From Vulcanimicrobiota bacterium (GTDB taxonomy: Bacteria > Vulcanimicrobiota > Vulcanimicrobiia > Eremiobacterales > Eremiobacteraceae): DNA of 64,000 nt. The notes under the pieces are model-generated. The model had not been told where the DNA came from. It saw only the letters and a list, made by a program, of their open reading frames with translations, and made no database searches. Shown piece after piece: positions 20,615-29,545 of the stretch; the first letter of the stretch is position 1, and every line of letters starts with the position of its first letter. The stretch spans positions 467,345 to 531,344 of the forward strand of contig CAWDVP010000006.1 in the NCBI GenBank assembly GCA_963805945.1. The letters run 5' to 3'. The position numbers and the translations under genes were made by a program.

Positions 20615-21061
20615 GTGCGCAGCATAACGCTCCGGCTTGTCCTCGGTTTGATGCTCGGCCTGGCTCTCGCCGGCTGTTCGAACGTCTCCGTCACCACCAC
20701 GCAGAACGACCCCGAGACGCGCGCCTACATGGACCAGGTCATCCCAGCCGTCTTCGGCCATTGGAGCGTCCAGGCGCTGGCGAAATACGGCGACAAATCG
20801 ATCTACGACTCGCAACGCCTCGCGCGCGCGACCAAGAATTTCCACGATCTGTCGATCAAACTCGGAAAGATGGCCTCATACGATCAGCTCAACGGCACGA
20901 CGCAAGTGGTGAAGGTCCCGGAGAACGGCGAGAACAAGGCGGCTGCCTACGACGCGGTGGTGCATTACCAGCGCGGCTCGGCAGCGGTCCACGTCGACGC
21001 GGTGAAACACAAAGGCGCCTGGAGCGTCGTCAACGCGAGCATCAACCCGCTGCCCCGCTGA
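20615..21061 (+). CDS. Hypothetical lipoprotein
   Basis: Signal peptide ending in LAGC. Confidence 0.7.
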   Translation: MRSITLRLVLGLMLGLALAGCSNVSVTTTQNDPETRAYMDQVIPAVFGHWSVQALAKYGDKSIYDSQRLARATKNFHDLSIKLGKMASYDQLNGTTQVVKVPENGENKAAAYDAVVHYQRGSAAVHVDAVKHKGAWSVVNASINPLPR

Positions 21062-21623
21062 CCGCCGGCCGGCCGAGCTGGCGCGCGAGCCGCGCGAGCA
21101 TATGGCGGCGGATGAAGTGCGAGAAGGGCCCGATCAGCCGGAAGTAGCGCTTGAAGCGCCGCCAGGAATCCTCGTCCGTCGCGCTCACACGTAAGTCAAT
21201 CTCCACACGCGTCACCGTCGCGCCGCGGGGCTCACATCGAAGCTCCCACGCGACTTTCACCCAACCCGCTTCGTCGAATGCTGCGAAACGGCCGGCGTCC
21301 TCGAAATCGGTGAACTCGATATCGGGCTGCCAGACCTTGCCGATGGCGCCGACCGTGATGCTCGAGCCGGGTCGCTCGTCGAGGATCCGAAAGCCGTGGG
21401 CGGCCGAGGTGACGTCGTCGATGCTCATACGCAGCGGCTCGACGCGGCCCCCGCTCAGCCGTCCGGGTATCGTGCGCAACGCGAACAACGCCCGCACGAG
21501 CGGCGCGCTGCTGAAATCGAGATGCCGAACCGCTTCCCATGCGCGCGCCTGCGGAACGCCGACGTCGATGTGATCGAGCTGGTGTAATCGGGGTACGGCG
21601 ATGGCTCGCGCGAGGGCAGTCAC
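21042..21623 (-). CDS. Hypothetical protein (SRPBCC/DUF2867-like)
   Basis: LFALRTIP, VGAIGKVW, KVAW, RFKRYFRLIGPFSHFIRR pattern. Confidence 0.6.
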   Translation of the reverse strand: MTALARAIAVPRLHQLDHIDVGVPQARAWEAVRHLDFSSAPLVRALFALRTIPGRLSGGRVEPLRMSIDDVTSAAHGFRILDERPGSSITVGAIGKVWQPDIEFTDFEDAGRFAAFDEAGWVKVAWELRCEPRGATVTRVEIDLRVSATDEDSWRRFKRYFRLIGPFSHFIRRHMLARLARQLGRPAVSGAAG

Positions 21624-21629
21624 CGGCTT

Positions 21630-22053
21630 CTACTCCGAGTAGAACACGCGCTTCGGGTCGTCAAGCAGGACTACCGCGATCGGCACCTTCGGACCCGGCC
21701 ATGCCCGGCGTGCCTGTCGGCATGCCGGGCAGCGCGATCCCTCGCGTCTTCGGTCTGGCGCGCAGCAGCTGCGCGACCGCCGGCATCGGCACATGGCCTT
21801 CGATGAGGTACGACCCGATGACGCCGGTATGGCAGCTCGACAGCGCCCCCGGGATAGAGAATTTCGCCAAGCGCTCCGCGCGATCGATATCGACGATCGT
21901 GACGTCGTAACCGGCCGATTGCATCGCCGCAGCCCAGCCCCCGCAGCAGCCGCAGCCACGGTCCCGGTAGACCATGCATTGTTGCTTCGCCGCGAGCGCC
22001 GGGATGGCGAAAGCGACGACCGCAATTCCTGTGAGAAAGCTGGTACGTTTCAT
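21630..22053 (-). CDS. DUF411 / CopG-like metal-binding exported protein, frameshift near 21695
   Basis: CGCC, SCHT, IEGHVP, GIALPGMPxGTPGM; C-terminus GPKVPIAVVLLDDPKRVFYSE in the adjacent frame. Confidence 0.85.
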
Positions 22054-22137
22054 GCTTGGAGTATAGGTCCTAGGACATGCGCCGGGTTGGAAGAACTATG
22101 GAAGGATGGTGGCCCCGCTCGGCCAGAGAGGAGCCCG

Positions 22138-22599
22138 ATGAGACTTTTCGCGGTCCCCAAAAACCCGGCCCTGGCTTTGTGGCTAGCCGCGGGCTGCTTC
22201 GCTGTCATCGGTGCGATCGACGTCGGCTACTCGCTGCGTGGGCACGTGCCGGGGTTCATACCGGGACCGCACTTCCCGTCACCGATCGACCGGCTCGCGG
22301 GCCGGTCCGTCGTCGATCTCGTCGGCGTGGCGCAGCTGATCGCGGCGCTCGGTCTGTTCTTCCGTCAAGTCTGGGTGCGCTGGTGGTCGCTGGCATTCCT
22401 CATCGGCTGGGGCGCCGTGACGCTTGTCGCGCTCCTGATCGTGCTGCCGTTCACGGCCTTCTGGAACCCGAACGACTTGCCACACCTGGTCTTGTGGACG
22501 TGGGTGATGCTAGTCGTCTATGGCTGGATCTTCGTCACGCTGTCGCGCGATGACGAGCTGACGATGCTCGCGGGCCGGCCCTGGCGCGGTCCTCTTTGA
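22138..22599 (+). CDS. Membrane hypothetical protein
   Basis: GAGGAG RBS; four hydrophobic segments. Confidence 0.6.
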   Translation: MRLFAVPKNPALALWLAAGCFAVIGAIDVGYSLRGHVPGFIPGPHFPSPIDRLAGRSVVDLVGVAQLIAALGLFFRQVWVRWWSLAFLIGWGAVTLVALLIVLPFTAFWNPNDLPHLVLWTWVMLVVYGWIFVTLSRDDELTMLAGRPWRGPL

Positions 22600-23173
22600 A
22601 CGCGGTCGTGCCACGCGCAGTCGAGCAGATGGTCGTTCACCATGCCCACCGCCTGCATGAACGCATAGCAGATCGTGGGGCCGACGAAGCGAAAGCCGCG
22701 TGTGCGCAGATCCTTGCTCAACGCTTCAGCGCGCGCTGTCGCACGCCGGAACCTCGGCGAGCCGGCGCCGTTTTCCATCGATCGGCGCCCCGTCGACGAA
22801 ACGCCAGACGTATGCGTCGAAACTGCCGAACTCGCGCTGCACCGCGAGAAACGCTCGGCGCGTTGGCGACCGTCGCCTCGATCTTCAGGCGGTTGCGCAC
22901 GATGCCGGGATCGCCCATCAGCTTCTTCTTCCGCGCCGCCGTGAAGCGCGCGACGCGTGCGGGATCGAAGCCGGCGAACGCTTTGTGATAATTCGCGCGC
23001 TTGCGCAGGATCGTCTCCCAGCTCAGCCCTGCTTGCGCACCCTCCAAGATGAGGAATTCGAAGAGCACGCGGTCGTCATGGACCGGCACGCCCCACTCTT
23101 CGTCATGGTATCGCGTCTCGGGCTCACGCGCGGCCCACGGGCAGCGTTTCGGGCTTGTGGCTTTAGGCTTCGT
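22518..23173 (-). CDS. tag: DNA-3-methyladenine glycosylase I, several indels, apparent start reads ACG
   Basis: RCPW..YHDEEWG, LEGAQAGLSW, IVRNRLKI, FRFVGPTICYAFMQAVGMVNDH across frames. Confidence 0.88.
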
Positions 23174-23306
23174 AGGGCGCGCCCTTGCCGGTCGAGCAGA
23201 ACTTGCTCAGGCTCTCCAAGTAATAGCCCCAGTTGAAATTATACGTGCCGTAATAGTCGTCTGCGAGTTCGACCGCGTAGTACTGCCAGAAACGCAGGCA
23301 CGTCAC
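23163..23306 (-). pseudogene. C-terminal fragment of a probable SRPBCC/AHSA1-like protein
   Basis: TCLRFWQ..DDYYGTYNFNWGYYLESLSKFCSTGKGAP resembles the terminal helix of SRPBCC domains; N-terminal part is absent. Confidence 0.45.
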
Positions 23307-23326
23307 GAAACTCCCTTGCGATGTCT

Positions 23327-23947
23327 TTATGGAGCGGTAACCACTGTGTAGTAGAGACCGTTGGCTCCGTACGCCGGCTTGAACCATGTGGTGCCACATT
23401 GGGTGTAGGTCACACCTGACACCGTTTGACTCGTGCAGCCTGTGGTGGGCACTGCTGTCGTCTGTTCGCCGATCGAGTAGCCGACTGCCGCTCCCACCGC
23501 CGCGGCTCCGGCGATGCAGCCATAGCATGCGGCCGCGCAGTTATAGCAGCCCGTATTGTAGACCGGCGGCGGCGGCGGATAGCCGTAGTAGCCATCCGTG
23601 TGGTACGCGCCACCGTAGTACGACCCAGAGGTCGTGCCGCCATAGACGTTCGTGTGCGTGGCGCCCTCTCCGTACGCTCCCGAGGTCGTGCCCCCGTACG
23701 TGTTCGTGTGGGTGGCACCGCTGCCGTACTTGCCCGACGTGCTGCCTCCGTACACGTTCGAATGCGTCGCGCCGCTGCCGTACGAACCCGAGGTCGAGCC
23801 GCCGTACATGTTCGTATGCGACGTCGAGCCATAGCTATGTGACGTACTGCCGCCATACGCGTTCGCGTGGCCGTACGCATATGCGGTGCCGGATTGCAGC
23901 GCGGCGAGTGCGAGGCCGGCGAGGGTGATGACGATCTTCTTCAACAT
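23327..23947 (-). CDS. Secreted Gly/Tyr/Ser/Thr-rich 18-aa repeat protein with Cys-containing C-terminal domain (DUF6515-like)
   Basis: GAGGAA RBS, signal peptide MLKKIVITLAGLALAALQSGTAYA, repeats HTNxYGG(S/T)TSGxYGxGAT, C-terminal C..YTQCGTTWFKPAY..YYTVVTAP. Confidence 0.8.
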   Translation of the reverse strand: MLKKIVITLAGLALAALQSGTAYAYGHANAYGGSTSHSYGSTSHTNMYGGSTSGSYGSGATHSNVYGGSTSGKYGSGATHTNTYGGTTSGAYGEGATHTNVYGGTTSGSYYGGAYHTDGYYGYPPPPPVYNTGCYNCAAACYGCIAGAAAVGAAVGYSIGEQTTAVPTTGCTSQTVSGVTYTQCGTTWFKPAYGANGLYYTVVTAP

Positions 23948-23982
23948 GATAGGTTCCTCTTCACGATTCAAATTCTGCAAGG

Positions 23983-24831
23983 CTAGGTGTGCTTCGGTGA
24001 CGGCGTCGGCGGAGCGTACGGATGCTTGAACGGGATGTGCTTGGCGTTCGCGGCTTCGGCCGAGCTGAACGCGTCCGCCGCCACCGTCGGGTCGAGCTGC
24101 CAGTCGGAGAACGCGAGTTCGTGCCGCAGCTTCGCTGGATCGTTCAGGTACACCGCTCGCACGAGCCGCGGCAATTTGTCGTCCACGCCGATCCAGACTT
24201 GCTCGAAGACGCCGTTCGCGACATATGCGACTTCGTCCGTCGTCGTGCCCATGACCACGTGCGATTGCCCGACGTAATATGCGAGTTTGAGACCTTTCGC
24301 GAGGTCTCCATACGGGTCCGTGACGATCACGTCGGTGAACGGGAAATACTGCCCTGACAACTTGTATGCCGCTTCGAGCATGGTATCGATCGTCGCCGGG
24401 GCCGGCGAGGTGGCGACCAGGTTCTCCGCGGGAGCGAACGCGGTGACCGTTTTGCCGTCGTAATAGTAATGGCGGACCGGACCATCTCCGAGCACAAAGA
24501 CGCGCAGCTTGTCGGGACGCACGAGCGTCACTTGATACCCGGTCGCGAACGCTAGCGGATGCCCTTGCCGGCTCGACTGCTCGTACAGCTCGGTCGCGGT
24601 GAACGACACGCTTTTCGCGGCCGCCAGTTTGGCACTGCTCGCTTTGAGGATGTCGAGCGCTCTCGGCTCCAACGACGGCACGGGGGCCGCTGTCGGCCTT
24701 GCTGTCGGCTTTGATGTCGGCTTTGCCGTCGGCGACGTCGCCGCGGAGGCCTGACCGATCAGGGCTGCGAGCGCAGCCGCAAGGAGCGACAACGCGATGG
24801 CAACGTGCCAAGCGGGCTTTCTCATCATCAT
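23983..24831 (-). CDS. DUF2092 exported protein (LolA-like fold)
   Basis: Signal peptide, Pro/Thr linker, LVRPDKLRV, YYYDGKTVT, APATID, QVWI..DDKLP, FSDWQL. Confidence 0.85.
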   Translation of the reverse strand: MMMRKPAWHVAIALSLLAAALAALIGQASAATSPTAKPTSKPTARPTAAPVPSLEPRALDILKASSAKLAAAKSVSFTATELYEQSSRQGHPLAFATGYQVTLVRPDKLRVFVLGDGPVRHYYYDGKTVTAFAPAENLVATSPAPATIDTMLEAAYKLSGQYFPFTDVIVTDPYGDLAKGLKLAYYVGQSHVVMGTTTDEVAYVANGVFEQVWIGVDDKLPRLVRAVYLNDPAKLRHELAFSDWQLDPTVAADAFSSAEAANAKHIPFKHPYAPPTPSPKHT

Positions 24832-24901
24832 AAGCCTTTCACGTACAGGGGAAGGTCCTGTTGGAAAATGGTGGCTCAAATCCTGCATTGCGGCGCACGA
24901 C

Positions 24902-24935
24902 AAGAGCGCTGATCCCGCAGGGGATCAGCGCTCTT
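24902..24935 (-). terminator. Perfect 15-bp hairpin downstream of tRNA-Asn
   Basis: AAGAGCGCTGATCCC-GCAG-GGGATCAGCGCTCTT. Confidence 0.7.
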
Positions 24936-24946
24936 CCTTGCGTTTT

Positions 24947-25022
24947 TGGCTCCCCGAGTTGGACTCGAACCAACGACATTCTGATTAACAGTCAGACGCT
25001 CTACCAACTGAGCTATCGGGGA
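24947..25022 (-). tRNA. tRNA-Asn (GTT)
   Basis: TCCCCGATAGCTCAGTTGGTAGAGCGTCTGACTGTTAATCAGAATGTCGTTGGTTCGAGTCCAACTCGGGGAGCCA; 76 nt, CCA encoded. Confidence 0.97.
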
Positions 25023-25250
25023 ATGCTCTCGCTTCGGGCCGGCGCCTCGTTAATTGGCGCTGATTTTCCTTGGACGGCCTACTCGATATCGCCTGCCGCC
25101 GGGGGCGACGACGCTTGATGTAGGTCGCATTTCGGTAGGCGATGCGCCACCGCACCGGGAATGAAAAGCGCTTCGTGCCCAAAGGGTGCCGTTCGACGTT
25201 CTTCGTGAATGTCGGGTCGAGTCGTATTCGTAGAAATCAGGAGAACCATC

Positions 25251-26190
25251 ATGGCCAAGACAGCCGAAAAGCCTAAGAAGCCGGCGAGCAACGGCAAATC
25301 AAAAGCAGCGAAGCCGACGTACGTCGACGGCAAGCCGTTCGACCACGTGCAGTTCTTCGACGCGAAGCTCATCCTCAAGCCGGACTTCTTCGCCACCGTC
25401 AAGGGCTTCAAGGCCTTCAGCGAGCTGGTCGCAGAGGCCGCCGCCAAGGTGCAGAAGGTCAAGTACGAAGCTTTCGATCTGTCGAAGGCGCGGCCGCGCA
25501 TCAGAGAGGTCATGTTCCTCGATACGGCTGACTTCCGGCTCTACAACAACGCGTTCATCTTGCGACGACGCACCGAATACCAAGACGGCTTCCCCATCGC
25601 CGATCCTGAAGTCGTCTTCAAGTACCGCGAGCACCGACCTGCAAGAAGCCGCCCATACGGACGTCAGGCCGAAGATCGCCGGCCCGTACCGGATAAAGTT
25701 CAAAGCAGAGGCTCTCCCCCTCAAGAACGAGGTCGGCGGCTATCGCATGCTCTATGCGCATAACGCCAGATTCCCGGTGAGCTCGGTGCACGAGCCCGAC
25801 CGTACCAGCCTCAAGACGATCGCACGCGTCATGCCCGCGGTGGCTGGCCTGATCGGCCCCGAAGAGCAGGGCAAAGTGGAGCTCGTCAACTCGACGCTCG
25901 TCGAAGAAGTGCTCATGGACATCGGCATGATCGACTTCGGCAAGGGCTTCATGGCCAAGGCGAACATCTCGTTGTGGCGCTCTCTTGGCGATCACAGCGT
26001 CATGTGCGGCGAGTTCGCGTATCAGACCAAATTCGACGCAGCTGCAAACGTGAACGCGCTGGTCAAGCAGCGCGTGGAAGAGCTCTTCATCAAACTGCAG
26101 ATACTCGCGACGGGCTGGCTGTTCTTGGGCACCACCAAGACCGGACTTGTCTATCGCCTCAAGGGCAACCCGCCGCAAAGCCATGAGTGA
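25251..26190 (+). CDS. CYTH-like (triphosphate tunnel) superfamily protein, frameshift near 25628
   Basis: AGGAG RBS; xKLILK, FLDTADFRL..FILRRR, VVFKYR, GEFAY, C-terminal TTKT; two ORFs join into one. Confidence 0.6.
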
Positions 26191-26786
26191 CGCCGTGACG
26201 CCGGCCGCGCCGGCGCCGATAGCGGCGGAGGCGAAGAACGTCTCGATCGGCGACATCTTCCTCGCCTTCCTGCTCATAGGAGCGACGAGTTTCGGCGGCG
26301 GCGCGGTCGCCTATCTGCGCGCGAGTCTCGTGACCAAGCACGAATGGTTCGACGATAAGGGCTTCCTGGAGCTCTTCTCCATCAGCCAGTCGCTGCCGGG
26401 CCTCAACACGACGAACATGGCGATCCTCGCTGGCGACCGCCTGCGCGGCACGATGGGCGCCCTCGTCGCGATAGCCGGCATCATCCTGCCCGGCGCGATC
26501 ATCATGACCATCGTCGGCGTCCTCTACGGCATGCACGGCGACCGGCCGCTCGTCACCGCTGCGCTGCATGGCGTTGCAGCGGCCGCGCTCGGGCTCATCC
26601 TCGTCACCTTTTGGAACTTGGCGAGCAAGACCGTCCGCGGCGTGATCGATATCATCTTCATCGTGCTTGCGGTCATCGTCGTCAACTGGTTCCACGTCTC
26701 TGTGCTCTATGCGCTGCTCGGTCTCGCGGTATTGGGGACATTCATCCACCGGCCGCGACGCGAAGGCGCAGGAGAAGTCCGCATGA
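26183..26786 (+). CDS. chrA: Short-chain chromate transporter (CHR) subunit 1, read through into subunit 2 in this assembly
   Basis: IGATSFGGG, SQSLPGLN, G..GALVA..GIILP; alternative-frame end AQEKSA* overlaps the next ATG. Confidence 0.8.
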
Positions 26787-27340
26787 ACCAGCTGGGACCG
26801 CTCTTCCTCGTCTTCGCGTATCTCTCGCTGCTCACCGTCGGCGGCGGCATGGCCGCATATCCCGAGATGGAACAGCTCACTGTCAACGTGCACCATTGGC
26901 TGACGGACGGCCAGCTCACGCATCTCTATAGCGTCGGTCAGATGGCTCCAGGACCGAACATGAACATGGTCGCCTCGGTGGGCGAGCGGGTCGCCGGCGT
27001 TTTGGGAGCGTTGGTCGTCCTCATCGCGTTCTATGGTCCGACCGGCATCCTGACGTTGAGCATCGGGCGTCTCTGGACCAAACTCGCGAATTGGCCGTGG
27101 CGGACGTCGATCCAGGAAGGCCTCGCGCCGACCGCCCTCGGTCTCATGCTCGCGGGAGCGTTCACCTTCGGCAAGAGCGCGCTCCGGTTCGCCAAGTCGC
27201 CGACTGCGCCGGTGGAGATCAGCTGGATCGGCCTCGCGATCACGGTCGTGGTGTTCGTGATCTTGCTGCGCACCAAGGTGAACCCGGCCCTGCTCGTGCT
27301 CGCCGGCGGGCTCATCGGCCTCGTCGTGGATCATCCCTAA
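26783..27340 (+). CDS. chrA: Short-chain chromate transporter (CHR) subunit 2
   Basis: Own RBS AGGAG; LSLLTVGGG, GQMAPGPN, GLAPxALGL. Confidence 0.8.
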   Translation: MNQLGPLFLVFAYLSLLTVGGGMAAYPEMEQLTVNVHHWLTDGQLTHLYSVGQMAPGPNMNMVASVGERVAGVLGALVVLIAFYGPTGILTLSIGRLWTKLANWPWRTSIQEGLAPTALGLMLAGAFTFGKSALRFAKSPTAPVEISWIGLAITVVVFVILLRTKVNPALLVLAGGLIGLVVDHP

Positions 27341-27370
27341 GCAAGAGATCAGAAGAAAAGAGAACGCGGG

Positions 27371-28480
27371 CTACATCGCGAGGCGAAAACCGATGTGGTT
27401 CGCGGAACTGCTCGGCTCCGTTTCACCGCGCCCGCCGACCTCATAGCGCGAGCAGAACTGATCCGTGCATAGGAACGAACCGCCGCGGACGGAGTGCTTC
27501 ATCACGCCCGGCTCCTGCGGATCGTAGCTGTCCGCGGGTCCCTTCGGGTCCACGGCGACGCCGCCAGCTTTCGCGAGCTGCTCGTAATAGTCGGCGCGAT
27601 ACCAATCGGACGTCCACTCCCACACGTTGCCCGACATGTCGTAGAGACCGTAGCCGTTGGCGTGGAACGACGCTACAGGCGTGGTCGTCGGACGGTTATG
27701 CGGCGCGGTGCTCTTGTCGGGGAAGTGCCCGTGGTACGTGTTGGCCATCGTCGTGCCGTTGGGTGTGAACTCACTGCCCCAAGCGAACTGCTTGCAATCG
27801 AGCCCACCGCGTTCTGCGAACTCGAACTCGGCCTCCGTCGGCAGGCGCGCTCCCGCCCATTTCGCATACGCCCGCGCGTCCTCAAACGCCATCTGCACCA
27901 CCGGATAATTGCCGCGGCCCGCGATCGAGCTGCCCGGACCCTCTGGATGCCGCCAATTGGCGCCTTTGACGTAGCGCCACCACTGGGAATCGTCGTTGAG
28001 CTCGACCGGATGATCGGGCGGCGTGAACACCAGCGAGCCGGCCACGAGATTCTCGGGCGGCGCGTCAGGGAAATCTTTTTGGAGCGGCTTGCGCTCCGCG
28101 ACCGTGACGTAGTGCGTCGCGGCGACGAACTTGGCGAACTCGTCGTTCGTCACCACGGTTCGGCCGATCCAAAAGCCGCTCACGCGCACGCGATGCCACG
28201 GCCGCGCATCCGGGAATTTCGGATTGTTCGAGCCCATCGAATACTCGCCCCCGGGGATCCACACCATGCCCGGGTGGCTCGCGCCGGCCGGCGGCTGCCG
28301 GTCCGCAGCGAAGACGGTCGGCTTGCAGGTCGACGAGTCCGCAGCCGAGGTGGCGAACATGCCTTGTGCCGGCGCTTCCGTAGCCGGCGTGCTCGCCGTC
28401 TGCGACTTGCCGCACGACATCAACGTACTCGCCATCAGGATCAGCGCTACGAGCGACGCTCGGCGTCTTGTGATGAACAT
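27371..28480 (-). CDS. Formylglycine-generating enzyme (SUMF1/FGE) family lipoprotein
   Basis: Lipobox LMSC; IPGGEYSMGS, ANWRHPEGP, RLPTEAEFE, NGYGLYDMSGNVWEW, RGGSFLCTDQFC, GFR. Confidence 0.92.
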   Translation of the reverse strand: MFITRRRASLVALILMASTLMSCGKSQTASTPATEAPAQGMFATSAADSSTCKPTVFAADRQPPAGASHPGMVWIPGGEYSMGSNNPKFPDARPWHRVRVSGFWIGRTVVTNDEFAKFVAATHYVTVAERKPLQKDFPDAPPENLVAGSLVFTPPDHPVELNDDSQWWRYVKGANWRHPEGPGSSIAGRGNYPVVQMAFEDARAYAKWAGARLPTEAEFEFAERGGLDCKQFAWGSEFTPNGTTMANTYHGHFPDKSTAPHNRPTTTPVASFHANGYGLYDMSGNVWEWTSDWYRADYYEQLAKAGGVAVDPKGPADSYDPQEPGVMKHSVRGGSFLCTDQFCSRYEVGGRGETEPSSSANHIGFRLAM

Positions 28481-28707
28481 TGTATCGGGGACGATCCTCT
28501 GCGGTGACACGTGCCGTGGCTTCGACCACGGTGACGATAAACCCGGCCCTACCGGTTTGATGACTTTCGCCCAAACCCATGCCCGTCGAACCGCTCCGGA
28601 ATTTCTCAGCAACGCGATGAACCGACGGGCGACCTTCCTCGTGCGCAGGAAGTTCCCGAGCCGCGGCCAAGCGCCACCCGGTCGTCAGGCCCTCTGAGGA
28701 GCGTTCA

Positions 28708-29541
28708 ATGTACGATCTGTTCGCGCATAGTCCGGTCTGGCTGGTATTCGCGAGCTTCACAATCGTGCCGGCCATCGCGGCGGTCGTGTTGCACGCCATC
28801 TTTCGACGCATCGTCCCGCCTGAGAAGCTGCTGCCGCACCACGAGGTGGCGGGGTTCCTCGTCGCGGTCGTCGGCGTGCTCTACGCGGTCGTCCTCGGCT
28901 TTCTCGTCATCAGCGTCTGGGCGAGTTTCGATGAGGCGCAGCGCAATGCGAATGCCGAGACGAATGACGTCGCGGATCTCATACACCTCGCGCACTTCTT
29001 GCCGGAACCGCAGCGCATGCGCGCGCGCGTGATGCTCAGCCAGTACACGTTCGAAGTCCGCGACAACGAGTGGGAGCAGCTGGGGAACGGCGAAGAGGAC
29101 CATCGTGCTCGCGTGTTGATGCTCGCAGCGTTCCGGATCTTCGCAGACGCGCCGCTACCAGCCAGCGGCAGCCAAGCAGAACTGCTGCGAGAGGCGTCGT
29201 TGCGAGACGCCGCGATGGTCAGCTTCCGTGAGTTGGCCTCACATCGCAGGCTGCGCCTGCTCGATGCGCAGAGCCACGTACCGGAGCCGATGTACCTCGC
29301 GCTGATCCTCGGCAGCTTGATCCTGCTCGCGTTCGTCTTCTTGTTCGGCGTCAGCAACGCGCCGCTGCAGCTGGTGATGACCGGGCTCATCGCCGCGATG
29401 ATCGGGCTGCAGCTCGGCCTGATCTTCGAGTTGGATCGGCCCTTCTGGGGCGCGCTGAAGGTCAGCTCGAATGCGTGGACGCTGCTGATAGACGACAACC
29501 ATCTGCAGAACCTCTATCCCAACATCCAACTGCCCGAATGA
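28708..29541 (+). CDS. DUF4239 (bestrophin-like) membrane protein
   Basis: VGVLYAVVLGFLVISVW, EW, ELDRPFxG signature. Confidence 0.85.
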   Translation: MYDLFAHSPVWLVFASFTIVPAIAAVVLHAIFRRIVPPEKLLPHHEVAGFLVAVVGVLYAVVLGFLVISVWASFDEAQRNANAETNDVADLIHLAHFLPEPQRMRARVMLSQYTFEVRDNEWEQLGNGEEDHRARVLMLAAFRIFADAPLPASGSQAELLREASLRDAAMVSFRELASHRRLRLLDAQSHVPEPMYLALILGSLILLAFVFLFGVSNAPLQLVMTGLIAAMIGLQLGLIFELDRPFWGALKVSSNAWTLLIDDNHLQNLYPNIQLPE

Positions 29542-29545
29542 CGTC

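Noticed and set aside
23600..23880. CRISPR array or non-coding tandem repeat
   Set aside because: The 54-bp units are degenerate, in frame, diverge synonymously and have no spacers; this is a coding repeat and no cas genes are present.
23160..25022. Integrative element at tRNA-Asn
   Set aside because: No integrase and no duplicated tRNA 3' end found; only indirect evidence of rearrangement.
28481..28707. Possible riboswitch (GAAA-capped hairpin, ykkC- or c-di-GMP-like fragments) between FGE and DUF4239
   Set aside because: Only short partial resemblances; the conserved cores are missing.
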